This document shows positions 37,273 through 50,489 of a DNA stretch of 64,000 nt, one piece after another. The stretch spans positions 81,158,001 to 81,222,000 of the forward strand of contig NC_043001.1 of assembly GCF_006345805.1 (NCBI RefSeq), read 5' to 3'. Source of the stretch: Octopus sinensis (taxonomy: Eukaryota). Made by a program: the position numbers and the translations under genes. The notes beneath the pieces are model-generated. The model had not been told where the DNA came from, did no database searches, and saw only the letters and a list, made by a program, of their open reading frames with translations. How positions within the stretch are numbered: position 1 is the stretch's first letter; each line of letters opens with the position of its first letter.

Positions 37273-38428
37273 GCTTCTTAACCATACATTCATGTGAGAC
37301 CTTCCTTTAATTTGTAGTCTGGCATCCTTGGAATTTTTTTCTTCCCATATCTGAATATACAAACAGAACAGGGAATATTTACTAGCTTTTCCGATGAACC
37401 AGTATATTTCCCAAGTCACGTTTAGGAAGTGGTGATAGAGATGGATGGGAGCTCTACTTTTTCTTCTTCATTTAGGGTTTTTTGAAGAAATAGCCTTCTT
37501 AACCTCCTTATTTTTCATTTAAACACAAGACAGGAGAAAAGAAATTCTTTGGTCAGTGTCAGACACAATAAATTATTTTCACCCAACAACATTCTGACTC
37601 TCCAAGAAAAATCTTGATTGACAGTAATTGTATACATATATATACACACACATACACAGGTGTATATATATATATATATATAGGTAAGAGAGCCTCCAGA
37701 CAGATGGCATTCCTTTGGGGATTCCAGTGTTGTCACGGCAACCAATTGTAATGGTCAAACAGTGTCCAAGTAATATAATATTCGGACATTGGCTTTGATG
37801 CCATGACATGACACGACACGTCGTTTTGACAGAAATGAAAACCATACAAAGAGATAAAAGAAAAAAATATGGTAGAGATGGGGATAGATAGATGGATGGA
37901 ATATGTGTATGGATGTGGAGAGGTTTAGATATATAGATGGAATAGTGAAAGGCGTGGAAGTGTCTGGTGGGGTATAGACTCATCAGGAGAAATTAATTAT
38001 TTGGACTGAACTGGATGGCAAATTACTTTTTATGGTCAGTGATGGTCGGTCAGTCAGGCCTGTGGTCTTTGCTGAATATAACCTCAAGCCATCATCAACC
38101 ATTTGTCATTTGACTGCTTTGTGCGTCATTACCCAATGACCAGAAAACTGCAAATTGAACTAGGGGATATCTTGCCATTGTCCCTTCTACTACTGATCTT
38201 GGTCTACTCCGCTTCCCACCTCCTCAGACAAAACAGAAATTAGGTGATTGGTTAGTCAATTGGTAGATTATGTGTCTGTGGTTGCTTGTGTGTTAGTTGG
38301 TGCAGCTAATGTAGTGCATACTGAGCTGTGGGCATAGAGGTGTATAAATTGGTTGGGGAGGCTGCAATCAAATTTCCCTCAGTACATTTACACATGTATA
38401 CACATGCATATTCTATCGGCCCTTTATG

Positions 38429-38465
<37 letters not shown>

Positions 38466-39229
38466 CACACACACACATACATACACATATACTCCTGTTT
38501 TAAGTTTTATTTTCCTGTTTGCATTAACAAACCTCCTCCTGCCACTCTGCATATATGTGTGTTTGTGTGTGTGCGCATGTGTGTATATACTCAAATTTTT
38601 ATTTGTATATAAGTATATTTTATAATAAAAGTCACACAAAAACCATGTGAAATTCTGTTACCCAAGCTTTCCTGGCTGAAATATTAAATTTATTTTGCTA
38701 TTTCTCAAGCTGTTAATGTCAAGTGGGTTAACAACTCCCGAGTAGCTGAATTGTATATGGTTTTTGAGCAATTTTTATTAACTTCTTTAGTCTCCTAACT
38801 GATCAACTCAGGTGTGTGTGTTTGTGTGTGGTGGTGGTGGGGAGTCAACTGAGTACTTCTTGGACACTGGCAGCACTTCTTAAAGAGCAACACTAATGGA
38901 GGCTGATGCCTTGTGGATTCTCAAAGAATCACAACTGCTCCTGTCTATGCTAAACTTACTATGTATGCAAACACATATGTATACATACATTAGTTTATAA
39001 CAGACAAATGAGAGAGGAGTGTTTAATGTGCGTTGTAGAGGCTATGGTTTTCTTTTTATTGAAATTGAATTTTGATACGCAAGATAAACTCTGTTTCAGT
39101 TTCATTAAGATTTAAAAAAACATGTGTATATATACATATATATATGTGTGTGTGTTTGTATATATGTGTGTGTATATGCATGTGAATATATGTGTGTGTA
39201 TATATATGTTTATGTTAAGTATATATATA

Positions 39230-39290
<61 letters not shown>

Positions 39291-40186
39291 CGTTGAATGT
39301 TGGCTCAGTACCATAGTAGAGATTAATATGATTATTTTGAGCAAGTCAGCCTTTTACTGCTCTGAGCTTCACCTGCAGATGCACAGAGTCTTCAAGCAAG
39401 TCACAACTTACCTGAAAAACCTGTGCACCCACAGATGAGATAACTCAGCTAGCAAGAGACTGATTCAGCCAAAACAACACACATGCACATGCATGAGTGT
39501 TGAAAATCTGCTTCAACAAACCCTGTCTAACTCATGCAATGTTAGAAAGTAAACATTAAATGATGATGTATGCATATATAGTTGTGTCTACATAGGAAAA
39601 AGTAATGATGCTGAATTCTGAAAAACCTTGCTTCTGTTTCTTGATGGAATTTAATCTATTGGTTATTTTTTGAAGTTTTTCAAATAATTCTTTGCTTTCC
39701 TCATTGATATACAAGTGTATCATGATGATAATTGATTGGTGATCTGCAGATGCACAAAGTTGAGAAGCATTGTTTTCCGGGTACTTGTGATATCTAGGTG
39801 TGTGGAGCAGAATGTGTTTTCTGGAGAAGAGGTGTTGTTGGCTTCATGAGTTATATATGTTTATGTGGATTATTTTAGGCTGTAAAGGGAGTGTAGGTGT
39901 GAAGATATTACTTGTGTTATCTGTATTATTTAAATACCACGATGTGTTGAAGTTTTCCCTCAAAGAGGATGTTTGGGAGTGTTCAAATGTTGTAGTTGAA
40001 GCATGCAACCTGGTGAGATGGTTGGTGCCAAAAGCCAGCATTTCTAATATAGGTGTCATCTTTTTATTTATGAATATGTGTCCTGCATACATAATTTTAC
40101 ATGTGTTATGCAGTCTCAACTGTTGTAAAAAGGCATTTCTAATCTTCTGTTTAAAGTATTAGGGATATGTAGTCTTCTGTTTAAAG

Positions 40187-40438
40187 TAGTTATTTTCAAT
40201 CAGGGTCTATATGGACCTTGGGAGTCCGTATAAGATTTTGTTAAAAAATTTATTGCACATAAATTTTATACGCTTACAATTTATAAAATATTAAAAAAAT
40301 TTTTTATACAATTCCTAATAATATGTAATTATAAAAATTCAGTTGGATGTTTTTTATATAGTGAATGTCTACGGAGGTCCAGTAGAGTAAAATAGGAATC
40401 AAAAGGATCTGTGGGCAAAAAATAGCTGAGAACTACTG
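40187..40438 (-). mobile_element. hAT MITE family 2, copy 3
   Basis: Ends TAGTTATTTTCAATC / GCTGAGAACTACTG. TSD gtttaaag/atttaaag (7/8). Internal similarity to the 24247 copy (AAAATAGGAA.CAAAA, GGAGGTCC). Confidence 0.78.
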
Positions 40439-40839
40439 ATTTAAAGTGATAAAATTGTCTCCTGGATTATTTTTTGTTACATTAATGCCAGTGTGTTATG
40501 ATAAAATCTTTTAGTTCCATAAAAGTGATTTTTAAGCTCTTAATATTGTAATATTTAAAAATAAAAATGTTGTTGTGTTTGGGTTTTTAATGTATTCTGT
40601 GACAGTGCAAAGTGAAATGTTAATGGTATTTCTTATTTTATTATATTTTTTTTTGTTCATGTCCTAGTTCTAATTGAGCTTTCATAAATATCTTTTATAG
40701 AGTGTATTTCATGCATATTTATGGTTTGTGTTACTCTCTGATGTTTACACATTCTGGGGGAAATATTTCTGATAACAAACTTATGTGGGGTGAAGCTGTT
40801 TGATAAGAGGAGGACTGAGCTGAGGATAAGTGGAGGAAA

Positions 40840-41070
40840 GGCGGCGAGCTGGCAGAAACGTTAGCACGCTAGGCCAAATACTTAGCAGTATTTCGTCTGC
40901 TGCTATGTTCTGAGTTCAAATTCCGTCGAGGTCGACTTTGCCTTTCATCCTTTTGGGGTCGATTAAATAAGTACCAGTTACACACTGGGGTCGATATAAT
41001 CCACTTAATCCGTTTGTCTGTCCTTGTTTGTCCCCTCTATGTTTAGCCCCTTGTGGGCAATAAAGAAATA
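40840..41070 (+). mobile_element. tRNA-derived SINE family B, best-preserved copy
   Basis: GGCGGCGAGCTGGCAGAAACGTTAGC head, B-box GAGTTCAAATTCC, central GTCGACTTTGCCTTTCATCCTTTTGGGGTCGATTAAATAAGTACCAG. Many CpGs intact. Confidence 0.88.
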
Positions 41071-41410
41071 AGAGGAGGACTAAGGACTTGATGGAGATGC
41101 TGAGGCTGGAGGAATCAGTGGAACAACTGGCAAGGACAAATAGAGTGCAGTGGTATGGGTATGTGTTGAGGGATGAGGATCATGTTCTGAGGAGGGTGCT
41201 TGTGTTTGAGATAAACAGACTACGAAAGTAAGGTAGACTGAAGAAAAAGTGGAGGGGACAGGTGCAGGAGGAGATTGGGAGGCTTGGCTTGAGAACAGAG
41301 GGCACTCAAAACTGGGCAAGATGGTGTGAGGGCAGTTGCTATGGCATTGAGGTAGATCCAGCCACCCCCATTAACAGGGACAAAACCTGGACTTAAAACA
41401 TTGGATGATG
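41071..41410 (+). mobile_element. Second RTE family, 3' fragment
   Basis: Translates RTKDLMEMLRLEESVEQLARTNRVQWYGYVLRDEDHVLRRVLVFEINRLRK*GRLKKKW (RTE C-terminal RWYGHVLR...RGRPKKTW motif). Its 3'UTR differs from the 21 kb element and ends ggatgatgat. Confidence 0.8.
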
Positions 41411-41484
41411 ATCAGCATCATCATTATTTGCCCAACATTCAAGCCTTTATCATCTCTTTTTTTCTAACTTATATTCATGATTAG

Positions 41485-41880
41485 GCATAGACATGACTGT
41501 GTAATTAAGAAACTTAATTCCTAGCCATATGATCTCACTGCACGCAAGTGTCTTCTACTACAGCCTTGAGCTGATGAAAGCCTTGGGAATAGATTTGGTT
41601 GAGGGAAATTAAAAAGAAACCCATCATATATATATAGATATATATATTTGTATATAGTATGTGTGTGTGTGTGTGTGTGTGTATATCCATATGTGTGCAT
41701 TTGTGTTTTTTCCAACACCATTTGATAACTGGTGTTGGTTTGTTGACATCCAGTGATTTAGCAGCTTAGCAAATGAGACTGATAGAATAAGCATCCAACT
41801 TGCAAATAAGTACTGGTGTCAATTTGGTTTTAACTAAACCAATCAAGGTGGTGCCCCAGCATGGCCACTGGAAATTTATC
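41485..41880 (+). mobile_element. SINE-A head + tail type 1
   Basis: Head at 41485-41625, (TA/TG)n, tail 1 ending GTGCCCCAGCATGGCCAC. Confidence 0.72.
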
Positions 41881-43064
41881 CATTTTAAAGACAGTAGGTT
41901 GTTATTTGAAGATTTAGTGACCTGAAGCTGAGAATGGTAGGAGTGGTAGTGATTTGTTGTGTTGTTGATAAGAATATTTTGTGGTGGGGCTGTGTTGGCA
42001 GTGTGGAGTATAAGAGAGAGAGAGGTGCGGGGAGGGAATGTTACCTCTCTACAGTGGACATCAATAGAACGCGACATCATTAATGCAAAGATAGCGCCAC
42101 CATTAGTACCAGCAACACCATTACTATTTCCACCACCACCATCATCATCAACCATTTTTGTTTCTTTCTCTCTTCAAATTTCTTTCTTTCACACAATTTT
42201 GAAATGAGGTATTCCATTACTAATGGAGAAAACAGCTGAAATTGGGTGGCGGGAAGGGTCTAGGAGTGACTGTGGGGAGGTGTTGATCCATTGCTGATGC
42301 TGCTGCTGTCAGGATTAACTGTCATGTGGGGAATATAGTGTTCCTGTCACGAATATAACTGTGCATGTGTGTGAATGCTTGTGTTTGTATGTGTGTTTAT
42401 GCTTGTTTGTGTCTCTGTCCTGTGAATTTCTTTATTTTCATAAGCCAGTCTTGGTCATATCATCATCACCATCATCATTAGCCTTGTTAATAGCTCTGGT
42501 TGTGTTTGTTGTTGTGGCATTCATTCATTTCTTGAAGTGTCAAGTCAACGTCTTAACCACTATAGCATAAGTGTACTTATCTGCAGCAACAATATTTACT
42601 GGACATCATCATCGTCTTTAATATCAATTTCTTCGCCATTGTTGTCATTGTCATCACCGTCATTTTTGCTGTCATTAGTGTCAATAGAGCAGTTATCACT
42701 TTCAACATCATCGTCATCCTCATCATTAATATCAATGTTTCCATCACCATTGTCATCATTATCATCATTATGACCTTCATCATCGCTTTCAATGGTGCTG
42801 GTGCAGTTATTACTGTCAACATCATTAGCATCATCATCAGTGCCGTCAACGTTTGTTATTTTACTGCTGATGTAGGTTACCATCATTATAATTGTCAACA
42901 TTATAATTATCATTATTTGTCACCACCTATAATCCTTAATAATCATTTTCATTGCTATAAACCTCATCATTATTGTTGTAGACACTAGATTCATTGTCAT
43001 TAAATGTCTGAGACAAATTGTTATTAATAAGATTATAAATTTTCGGACTGTTATATATATATAT

Positions 43065-43210
43065 AGGCAAAGGTGTGGCTGTCTGGTACCATTGTGTTAC
43101 ACTCTGAACAAACATTTTTAACTATACAGCCCTGGGTTAACCAAAGGTGTTTGAGTGGACTTGGTAGATGGAAAATGTGTGGAAACCCATTGTGTGCATG
43201 TATGTGTATA

Positions 43211-43257
<47 letters not shown>

Positions 43258-43710
43258 TGTGAAGTTGATGTGTTTTGTTTTGTTTTGGTGAATACTCTTC
43301 TGTAATGAATTGTGGAGTGGTGTATAGGCACATATGTGACTCTGATAGACATAGGTGCAGCTGAAAAACATTTTGGACTAGTATCTTCTATTATAGCTCC
43401 AGGCTGACCCAATGCCTTATGAGTGGATTTAGTAATAAAAACTGTAAGAAGTCCACCATATGTGTGTGTTTGTGTGTACCCTTGTCTGGACATCACATGA
43501 TGGTTATCAATGATCATCACCATCATACAAATAAAGTTGTATGTTTCCACTCTTCCACAAAAATTATTTCTAGCTATGGTAAAAACCTTGCTTGGAAGTA
43601 AGGGTTAGCAACAGGAGGGGTATCCGGTTGCTGAAAAATCTACCTCTGTAAATTCCGTCTGAGATATGCAAGCATGGAAATGCATGTGTTAAATGATGAC
43701 AACAATGACG
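43065..43710 (+). mobile_element. Two tandem SINE-A copies (head; head + tail 2)
   Basis: Heads at 43065-43200 and 43350-43460. Tail 2 ends GCAAGCATGGAAA..GTTAAATGATGAC. Confidence 0.68.
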
Positions 43711-44644
43711 ATGGTGTGTAAGGTAGCATGATGTTGTCTTAGTTTGATGTGAGAGTACTTATGTTATCATGTGGTGTGTTATGATATAATGTTATGCAGT
43801 GTGAGACTGGTAGATAGAAAAATATTGTATTGGATAATGTTAGTCGTTTGATCAGCCAATCTGTTTGTCGTTTGTTGTGTGTGTATATATATGTATCCAC
43901 AAAGGTGGGTATGCACATATATACATATTTGTGTGTGTGTGTGTGTGATATATAGGGAGATGCATTCTTCTTTGTAAATTGTTTGCCAATGAACATAAAT
44001 GCTGCGATATCACATAGGCTTCTCACTGTTTCTCTCGCAGGAAATATAATTATTGCAATTGTGATATCAATATCAGTATGTGAGATCTGCAGCAAGCTAC
44101 CGCTGGGCCTTTAAGTAGCACAGTTCATCAACAGAGAGCTTGGCCATAGTTAATGTAACCGAATTTATCATCTCAACCCATCAAAACCAATATCAACAGT
44201 TGAACGGAAATGAGATAGCTGGATCAAACAATAATGGCCATGCTGATGAAGATGATAGCAACAATAGTAGTAGTAGTTGTAGTAGTAGTAGTAGCAATAT
44301 TAGTAGTAGTGGTGGTAATTAATAATAATGATGGCATCCCAGAGAGATTGCAAGATTATCTCTTTGACCCTGATCATGATGGCCATTGTAGTTGATAATG
44401 ATGATGATAGTAGTGGTGATTGTAGTTGTAGTAATATAATAAAATAGTAGTAATGATACTAAGAAAAATATTAAGATTCTTATAATGGAAACAAAACAAC
44501 AACAACAGTAATAATAATGATAACAACAACAAAGACAATAATAATGGCAACAATATTGGTCTGGAGAGATTCTGTGATCATTCTTTTTCTCTGATAATGT
44601 CACTTTCCCAATCTACCAAAAACTGTGTAGGTGTGAGTTTCTCA

Positions 44645-44826
44645 TATACTCACATATATGTATGTATATGTGTGTGTGTGCGTGTATGTATATATATATG
44701 TATGTATGTATATATGTATGCATGTATGTATGTATGTATGTATATATATATATGTGTGTATATATATGTGTATATATATATATATGTGTATATATATGTA
44801 TATATATGTGTGTGTATATATATATA

Positions 44827-44857
<31 letters not shown>

Positions 44858-44954
44858 GTGTGTATATATATGTATATATATATGTGTGTGTATATATATA
44901 TATGTGTATGTATATATATGTGTGTGTATATATATATATGTATATATATGTGTG

Positions 44955-44996
<42 letters not shown>

Positions 44997-45000
44997 TATA
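44645..45000. repeat. Compound (TA)n/(TG)n microsatellite
   Basis: Directly visible. Source of the YIYVC pseudo-ORFs. Confidence 0.95.
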
Positions 45001-45154
45001 TTCTTTCTCCCTTTCACACTACAACTTTTCCGCCCCATCTCTCTCATACACACACATGCACACGCTTTTTCCCTTTCACAATACAAATTTTCTTCTCCAT
45101 CTATACATAGCTCTCTCTTTCCCTCACATACATGCATACTCCATCTTTACATCA

Positions 45155-45210
<56 letters not shown>

Positions 45211-45569
45211 ATGAAAAGAGAGTGTGAAGTACAGACTTCAAGAATACAAGACAAAGAGATCCAATGAATCACAAAAGCTGAAATATATTTGATATTGATG
45301 ATATATTTGGTACAGCACTTCATTTAATCAGATTCCACTGAAATAATTACATAACTGGACTGTCTATTGACTATAAGAGATCTTTTTGTCTTCTAATATC
45401 TTATCAACTTAGCTTTAAAGGATGGATGCACCATATATCAACCTTTTTAGCAGCTCTTTGGGGAATAGCTGATGTCAACTATGTAGTATGCCAACTGAAA
45501 CTCTATCCAGTTGGTTCCACCCCCCAGGCTATTAACTATAGTCAGAAACTGAAGCTACAAAGATTTAAG

Positions 45570-45880
45570 ACCCCCTTCAGTCATGAATGACCCTGGGTTT
45601 CTCCTAGAATGTTACCCGCCAAGGTACAAGTCCAAGCAAAGTTGTTTATGCCAATGCATACCAGCCTCCCCTCTCCAAGCCTCTGATTTTATCCAAAAGA
45701 AAGGCAATGGTCAATACAGCTTGGCACCAGTGACATTGTAACTCATTTCTACAGCTGAGTGAATTAGAGCAATGTGAAATAAAGTGTCTTGTTCAAGAAC
45801 ACGACACACATCTCGCTCCAGGAATCAAACTCACTACTTCTTGATTGGGAGCCCTACACTCTAACCACTGAGCCATTGCC
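45570..45880 (-). mobile_element. SINE family C-related copy with a different 3' body
   Basis: ACTCATTTCTACAGCTGAGTG..GAGCAATGTGAAATAAAGTGTCTTG.TCAAGAACAC..GGAATCAAACTC..CTAACCACTGAGCC. Confidence 0.65.
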
Positions 45881-46570
45881 ATCTTTTAACATTCATCTTC
45901 CCTGCTGGCATCAGTTGTGTGGTTTGATAGGATCTAATGAGCTCAAGGACTGCATCATGCTCCAATGTCTGCTTTGACATGTTTTCTATGGTTGGATGTT
46001 TTTCATAATACCAACCATTTTATGAAGTGTACTGGATGCTTTTTTTTTTTTTCTCATGAAACCAGAACTAGTATGGTCACCATAGACCAAGAACCCATTC
46101 AGCTTGTCCAATAGATAAGGCAGCAGCTTTATGCTTGGAGAAGGTGTTAAAAGTATGAAAGAAGGGGTCCTGAATAGATCAGGTTTCTTACTATACAGGA
46201 GCTACATGGATACTAATATTATAGAAGGGAAGACATGTATGTGTCTTTGTGTCTCTGTTAGCCCACCCTGCTGCCACTACTTAACAATTAGTGTTAGTTT
46301 GTTTATAAGTCAGTAACTTTGCTGTTTGGCAAAAGAAATCAATGAAACAAGCATCAGACATTAATAATAAACATTAGTATTAGGGTTGGTTTGTCTGATC
46401 AAACCCTTTAAGACAGTGCCCCAGCAATCCAACAACAGAAACAAGTAAAAGGTAAAAGATATTATATTGATTCAGTTCAGTAATTTAGCTGTTCTCTCAC
46501 TTGCTTATGCAATCCCATTTGTAAAGATAGTGTTTCTGCTGAAGGCGGTTTGGCTGCAATTTTGTGCAGA

Positions 46571-46797
46571 TTAACCCTTTAACATTTAGACCAGCCATAC
46601 CAAGCTCAAGTATTCTACCTGTCTTATGTTCATACCAGATAGCTCTGACTTCTCACATGTACTGTACAATGACATTCTAAAAATGAACAATCACATCATT
46701 AATATCTTGAAGCTACAAGAGAATGCATGATTAATTCAAAGCAATGTAATAAATATACATTACTTTAGACAAAGTAATCTGAATGCTAAAGGTTCAA
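46571..46797 (+). mobile_element. piggyBac-like MITE P2, near-complete copy
   Basis: TTAA|CCCTTTAACATTTAGA ... TCTGAATGCTAAAGGTTCAA imperfect TIRs. Confidence 0.7.
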
Positions 46798-47469
46798 GAC
46801 ATTGTCTAGAATCTCACATAGTGATTTATATGGTGTCTGTTTTAAATGTCTTTGAGTCTACAGTCATGAATGCTGGGTAATGACTGAAAGAGTATAATCT
46901 CAAATATCAGTGGCTGATTTGGGTCTTTTTTTATGGATCTCTGAAGTAATGTTACTCAACAAAGCATGTAACTTGGAGATCTCTTGGAGTTTCTCCACAT
47001 CAAGTTATTACTTTTCTGCATTAAGAGGTCATAGCTGCAGTACTACATAGGTCATGAGGAAAGATTTGCAAGATAAATTCTTTTAACTAAACCTGCCAGC
47101 AGGTGATTTAAGGGCATAACAAGAATATGGTAGTTCAATAATATCCATAGTTTCCATTGGACGTGCTTCCAAATCAGCCAGAAAGTGTAATGATAGTTGC
47201 TTTTCATAGGCTCCTTTAGAGGATGTACCTGAGGGCTCTAACTTCACAACCCCCACAGGAATAATGGATGGTGAAAATGTATCTACGAATTAATGTTTAC
47301 TGGAGGATATTTAGTGCTTACATTGAGCATCTTAAATACTTCACTGCATCTCTGTCACAAGCCCCTGTGGTTTTCACTAAAAAAGAATATACAGTTTGTT
47401 GAGAAAGCTTTGGTTATTATATTCTTTCTTTCTAATTTTGCCACAATGCCAAAATAATATTTTTTCAAC

Positions 47470-47675
47470 CTTAGGCACAAGGCTCAAAATTTTGTGGAGA
47501 GGGGTGTTGTCAATTACATCAATCCCACTGCTCAACTGATAGCCTTTCATTTTTTCAAGGTTGAGAAAATAGGTAAATTGGCCTCAGCAGGATTCGAACT
47601 AAGAATGAAATGAGCCAGAAGAAAATACTAAGTATTTTGTATGCCATGCTAACAGCATTCTACCAGCTCACCGAC
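47470..47675 (-). mobile_element. SINE-B
   Basis: TTAGGCACAAGG..ATTACATCAATCCC..GGATTCGAACTAAGAATG..CATTCTACCAGCTCACC. Confidence 0.65.
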
Positions 47676-47873
47676 TTAGATTTGGTTATTATACTAAGTA
47701 GGTGACATAAAGGGACTCACATCGGCTTCTTGATTATCTTATGTTGCCTACATTTTAAAGGTTCATAGGGAATATGTTGAGAGATCAGGTCTCTAAGCTG
47801 AACAGATCAATTGAATACATAAAATTTCCCTTACTGACTTGTATACAAGTTCTAGAGAGAGAGTGAATATATC

Positions 47874-47907
<34 letters not shown>

Positions 47908-48319
47908 CATTATATGTATATATTATAAAGTACAAACATCTGTTGAAGAGTCATTCATATTCATTGCATTTTTGTAAGTGTCTTTTTGAACTGCCCTGAA
48001 TTAAGGGGTCACGGGTATGTTTTTTTTTAATTATAATTTCTCCTTTTGAAGATTTTTGTTGCGACTTTAATGCTTGAGATCTTATACATATATATATATA
48101 TATTCACACTTTATCTTTTTTCCTTTTCTTTTTTTGCGATATATATACATGAGGATATTAAATAGATCATCTGTACTTTATCACCATACATTTTATATTA
48201 GTTTGTTTGTGTGTGTGGATGCATAATAATAATATATATACATATACATATAATTATACACGCTTGTATACAAACATATACATCTACACAATACATAAAC
48301 ATATATACATATATACGGG

Positions 48320-48367
<48 letters not shown>

Positions 48368-48382
48368 AACACACATAAAGAT

Positions 48383-48423
<41 letters not shown>

Positions 48424-48620
48424 CATATATATAAACAGAAGCAAACACATCTTTTAGCTAAAAATACTTCAAAGAGTATCAGTGTGAATTTTTCATAGAG
48501 ATTTTCAGGCCGTAAAATGGTCATTTGGTTTCATATAAGATTGAATTGCACATGTGTTGCGATTGCTGTCTGTAAAGGCGTTATTGATCACACGGAGATA
48601 GAGGAGGGAGAAGGATATAA

Positions 48621-48653
<33 letters not shown>

Positions 48654-48759
48654 AAGAGAGAGATGGAGGAAAGAGAAAAGTGAGTTAAAGATTTAGTATT
48701 TAAAAGCTAGCAGAGGACAGTTGTTTTTGTTGTCACCATCTCTCTCTCTCTCTTTCTAC

Positions 48760-48762
48760 ATA

Positions 48763-48808
<46 letters not shown>

Positions 48809-49540
48809 TGTGTGTGTATATACATATATGTATGTGTGTGCATACATGTATATATATATACGTGTGTGCATATATATATGCATGTGTAATATATGTGTAT
48901 ATTTGTTTATATGCATATATATGTGTGTGTTTGTATGTATATATGTGTGTGCATACATGTATATATATATATATACGTGTGTGCATATATATATGCATGT
49001 GTAATGTATGTGTATATGTGTGTATTTGTTTATATGCATATATATGTGTGTTTGTATGTATATATGTGTGTGTGTATATGTATGTATATATGTGTAAGTA
49101 TATACATGTGTATGTACATATATCTATATGTGTATATATATATGAATATATATCTGTGTATATATATATATTTGTATACATATATGTATATATTTGTATA
49201 CATATATGTATATATTTGTATACATATGTATATATTTGTATACATATATGTATATGTGTGTGTATATATATATGTATGTATGTGTATATAAATATGTGTG
49301 TATATATATGTATATATGTTTGTGTGTATGTATGTGTATATATATATGTGTGTGTTTGTATGTGTGTGTATATATATATGCCAATGCATGTATGTGTATA
49401 TGTATATATGTATGCATGTATGTGTATATGTATATATATAAATGTGTGTCTATGTATGTGTGTGTGGATATATATATAAATATATATATATACATATATA
49501 TATGTATGTATGTTTACATATATGTGTGTGTGTATATCCC
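48760..49540. repeat. Long compound (TA)/(TG)/(TATG) microsatellite with an internal ~105-110 bp duplication
   Basis: Near-continuous purine-pyrimidine alternation. TGTGTGCATACATGTATATATATA..CGTGTGTGCATATATATATGCATGTGTAAT occurs twice. Confidence 0.9.
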
Positions 49541-50439
49541 ATCTATGTATATATCCAAATGAATAATCTACTTATAAAATGTCCAAGACTGAAGATCAAA
49601 CCAAATTGCTTCCTCTTCATTAGTTTTGGATTTTTCTAACATTTCACCTATATTTTCGTTTTCTATTTTTTTTTTCTTTTTTCCCCTCTCTAAATCCTTA
49701 CCTATCTCATCCACTGCCACATCCACTATCACCATTGCCTCAACCACTACTATCATCACCACAACTTGTAACATCACCATCACAACCACTAAAACCATCA
49801 CCGCCACAACAACTAACACCACTAGTGCCACAATCACTACCACCACCATTGCCACAACTACTGCAACTACCACCTACTCCACCTTCATCACAACTACCTA
49901 CAGTTGTCATTCATTCTCTATCCTCTCTTTGTTTCTCTCTTCTCTTATCCTGTGCGTCCAGAAGAGACCAAAGTCTATACTAACTAGACCGACTCTTTTG
50001 CGACTTGCTGCCTATATAGCAAAGCAGCCAGCTCTGCCATAAGATAAAGAGAATCGGTAGGCATTGACAGGAGGCTGGGTATTGGGAAAATTGCCACGGA
50101 AGTATGTATTTGAACACAGTGTTTATTTAGTGTTAGCTCCCACTCAACTTCGTTGTCTGCTTATCAAATCGTGGCTAATTGCCGAAAACAGTCGCCAATA
50201 TTACATTCTACTTTGATCAAAATAAAAAGATAAGGATAAATGAACAAATAGATAAAGAAAAAAATAGTGAGTGAGTGAGTGATTGATGTTTGTGGTTGAA
50301 TTACTCTAAAGTATGTGTATGGGAGGTCTATCTCAAGTTATTTTATCAATCTATTCATTTACCTACGTATATGTATATATGGCTTGTCCGTCCGTCTCAT
50401 TACAAGTGTAGCTATTTTTTGTTAGAATGAAGATAGAAA

Positions 50440-50489
<50 letters not shown>

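Noticed and set aside
39800-40162. Overlapping ORFs on both strands in unique-looking sequence
   Set aside because: No motif recognised. Possibly an old TE remnant, but unassignable by eye.
40143-40188. 16-bp direct repeat TCTTCTGTTTAAAGTA with a 30-bp period at the MITE edge
   Set aside because: Small local duplication with no sign of function. It does not enclose an element.
42577-42913. Asp/Asn-rich minus-strand ORF resembling an acidic biomineral protein
   Set aside because: Degenerate (CAT)n/(TGT)n trinucleotide sequence with a short internal duplication. Overlapping ORFs in several frames, no signal peptide or exon boundaries.
44045-44079. Strong-looking acceptor (tttctctcgcag) with a GTATGT donor about 35 nt later
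   Set aside because: No coding similarity and frame-disrupting length; cannot be supported without RNA data.
44597-45267. Long ORFs (150-205 aa) rich in YIYVC/HTHT
   Set aside because: Translations of (TA)n/(TG)n/(CA)n microsatellites, which lack stop codons in several frames. The same applies to 7028, 13809, 29855-30298, 36605, 48193-49562 and similar.
49962-50101. Candidate for the missing upstream plexin coding exon (ends ..GGAA|GT, phase 2 compatible)
   Set aside because: The required frame has an in-frame TAG and lacks the PSI cysteines. Kept only as a possible non-coding or poison exon.
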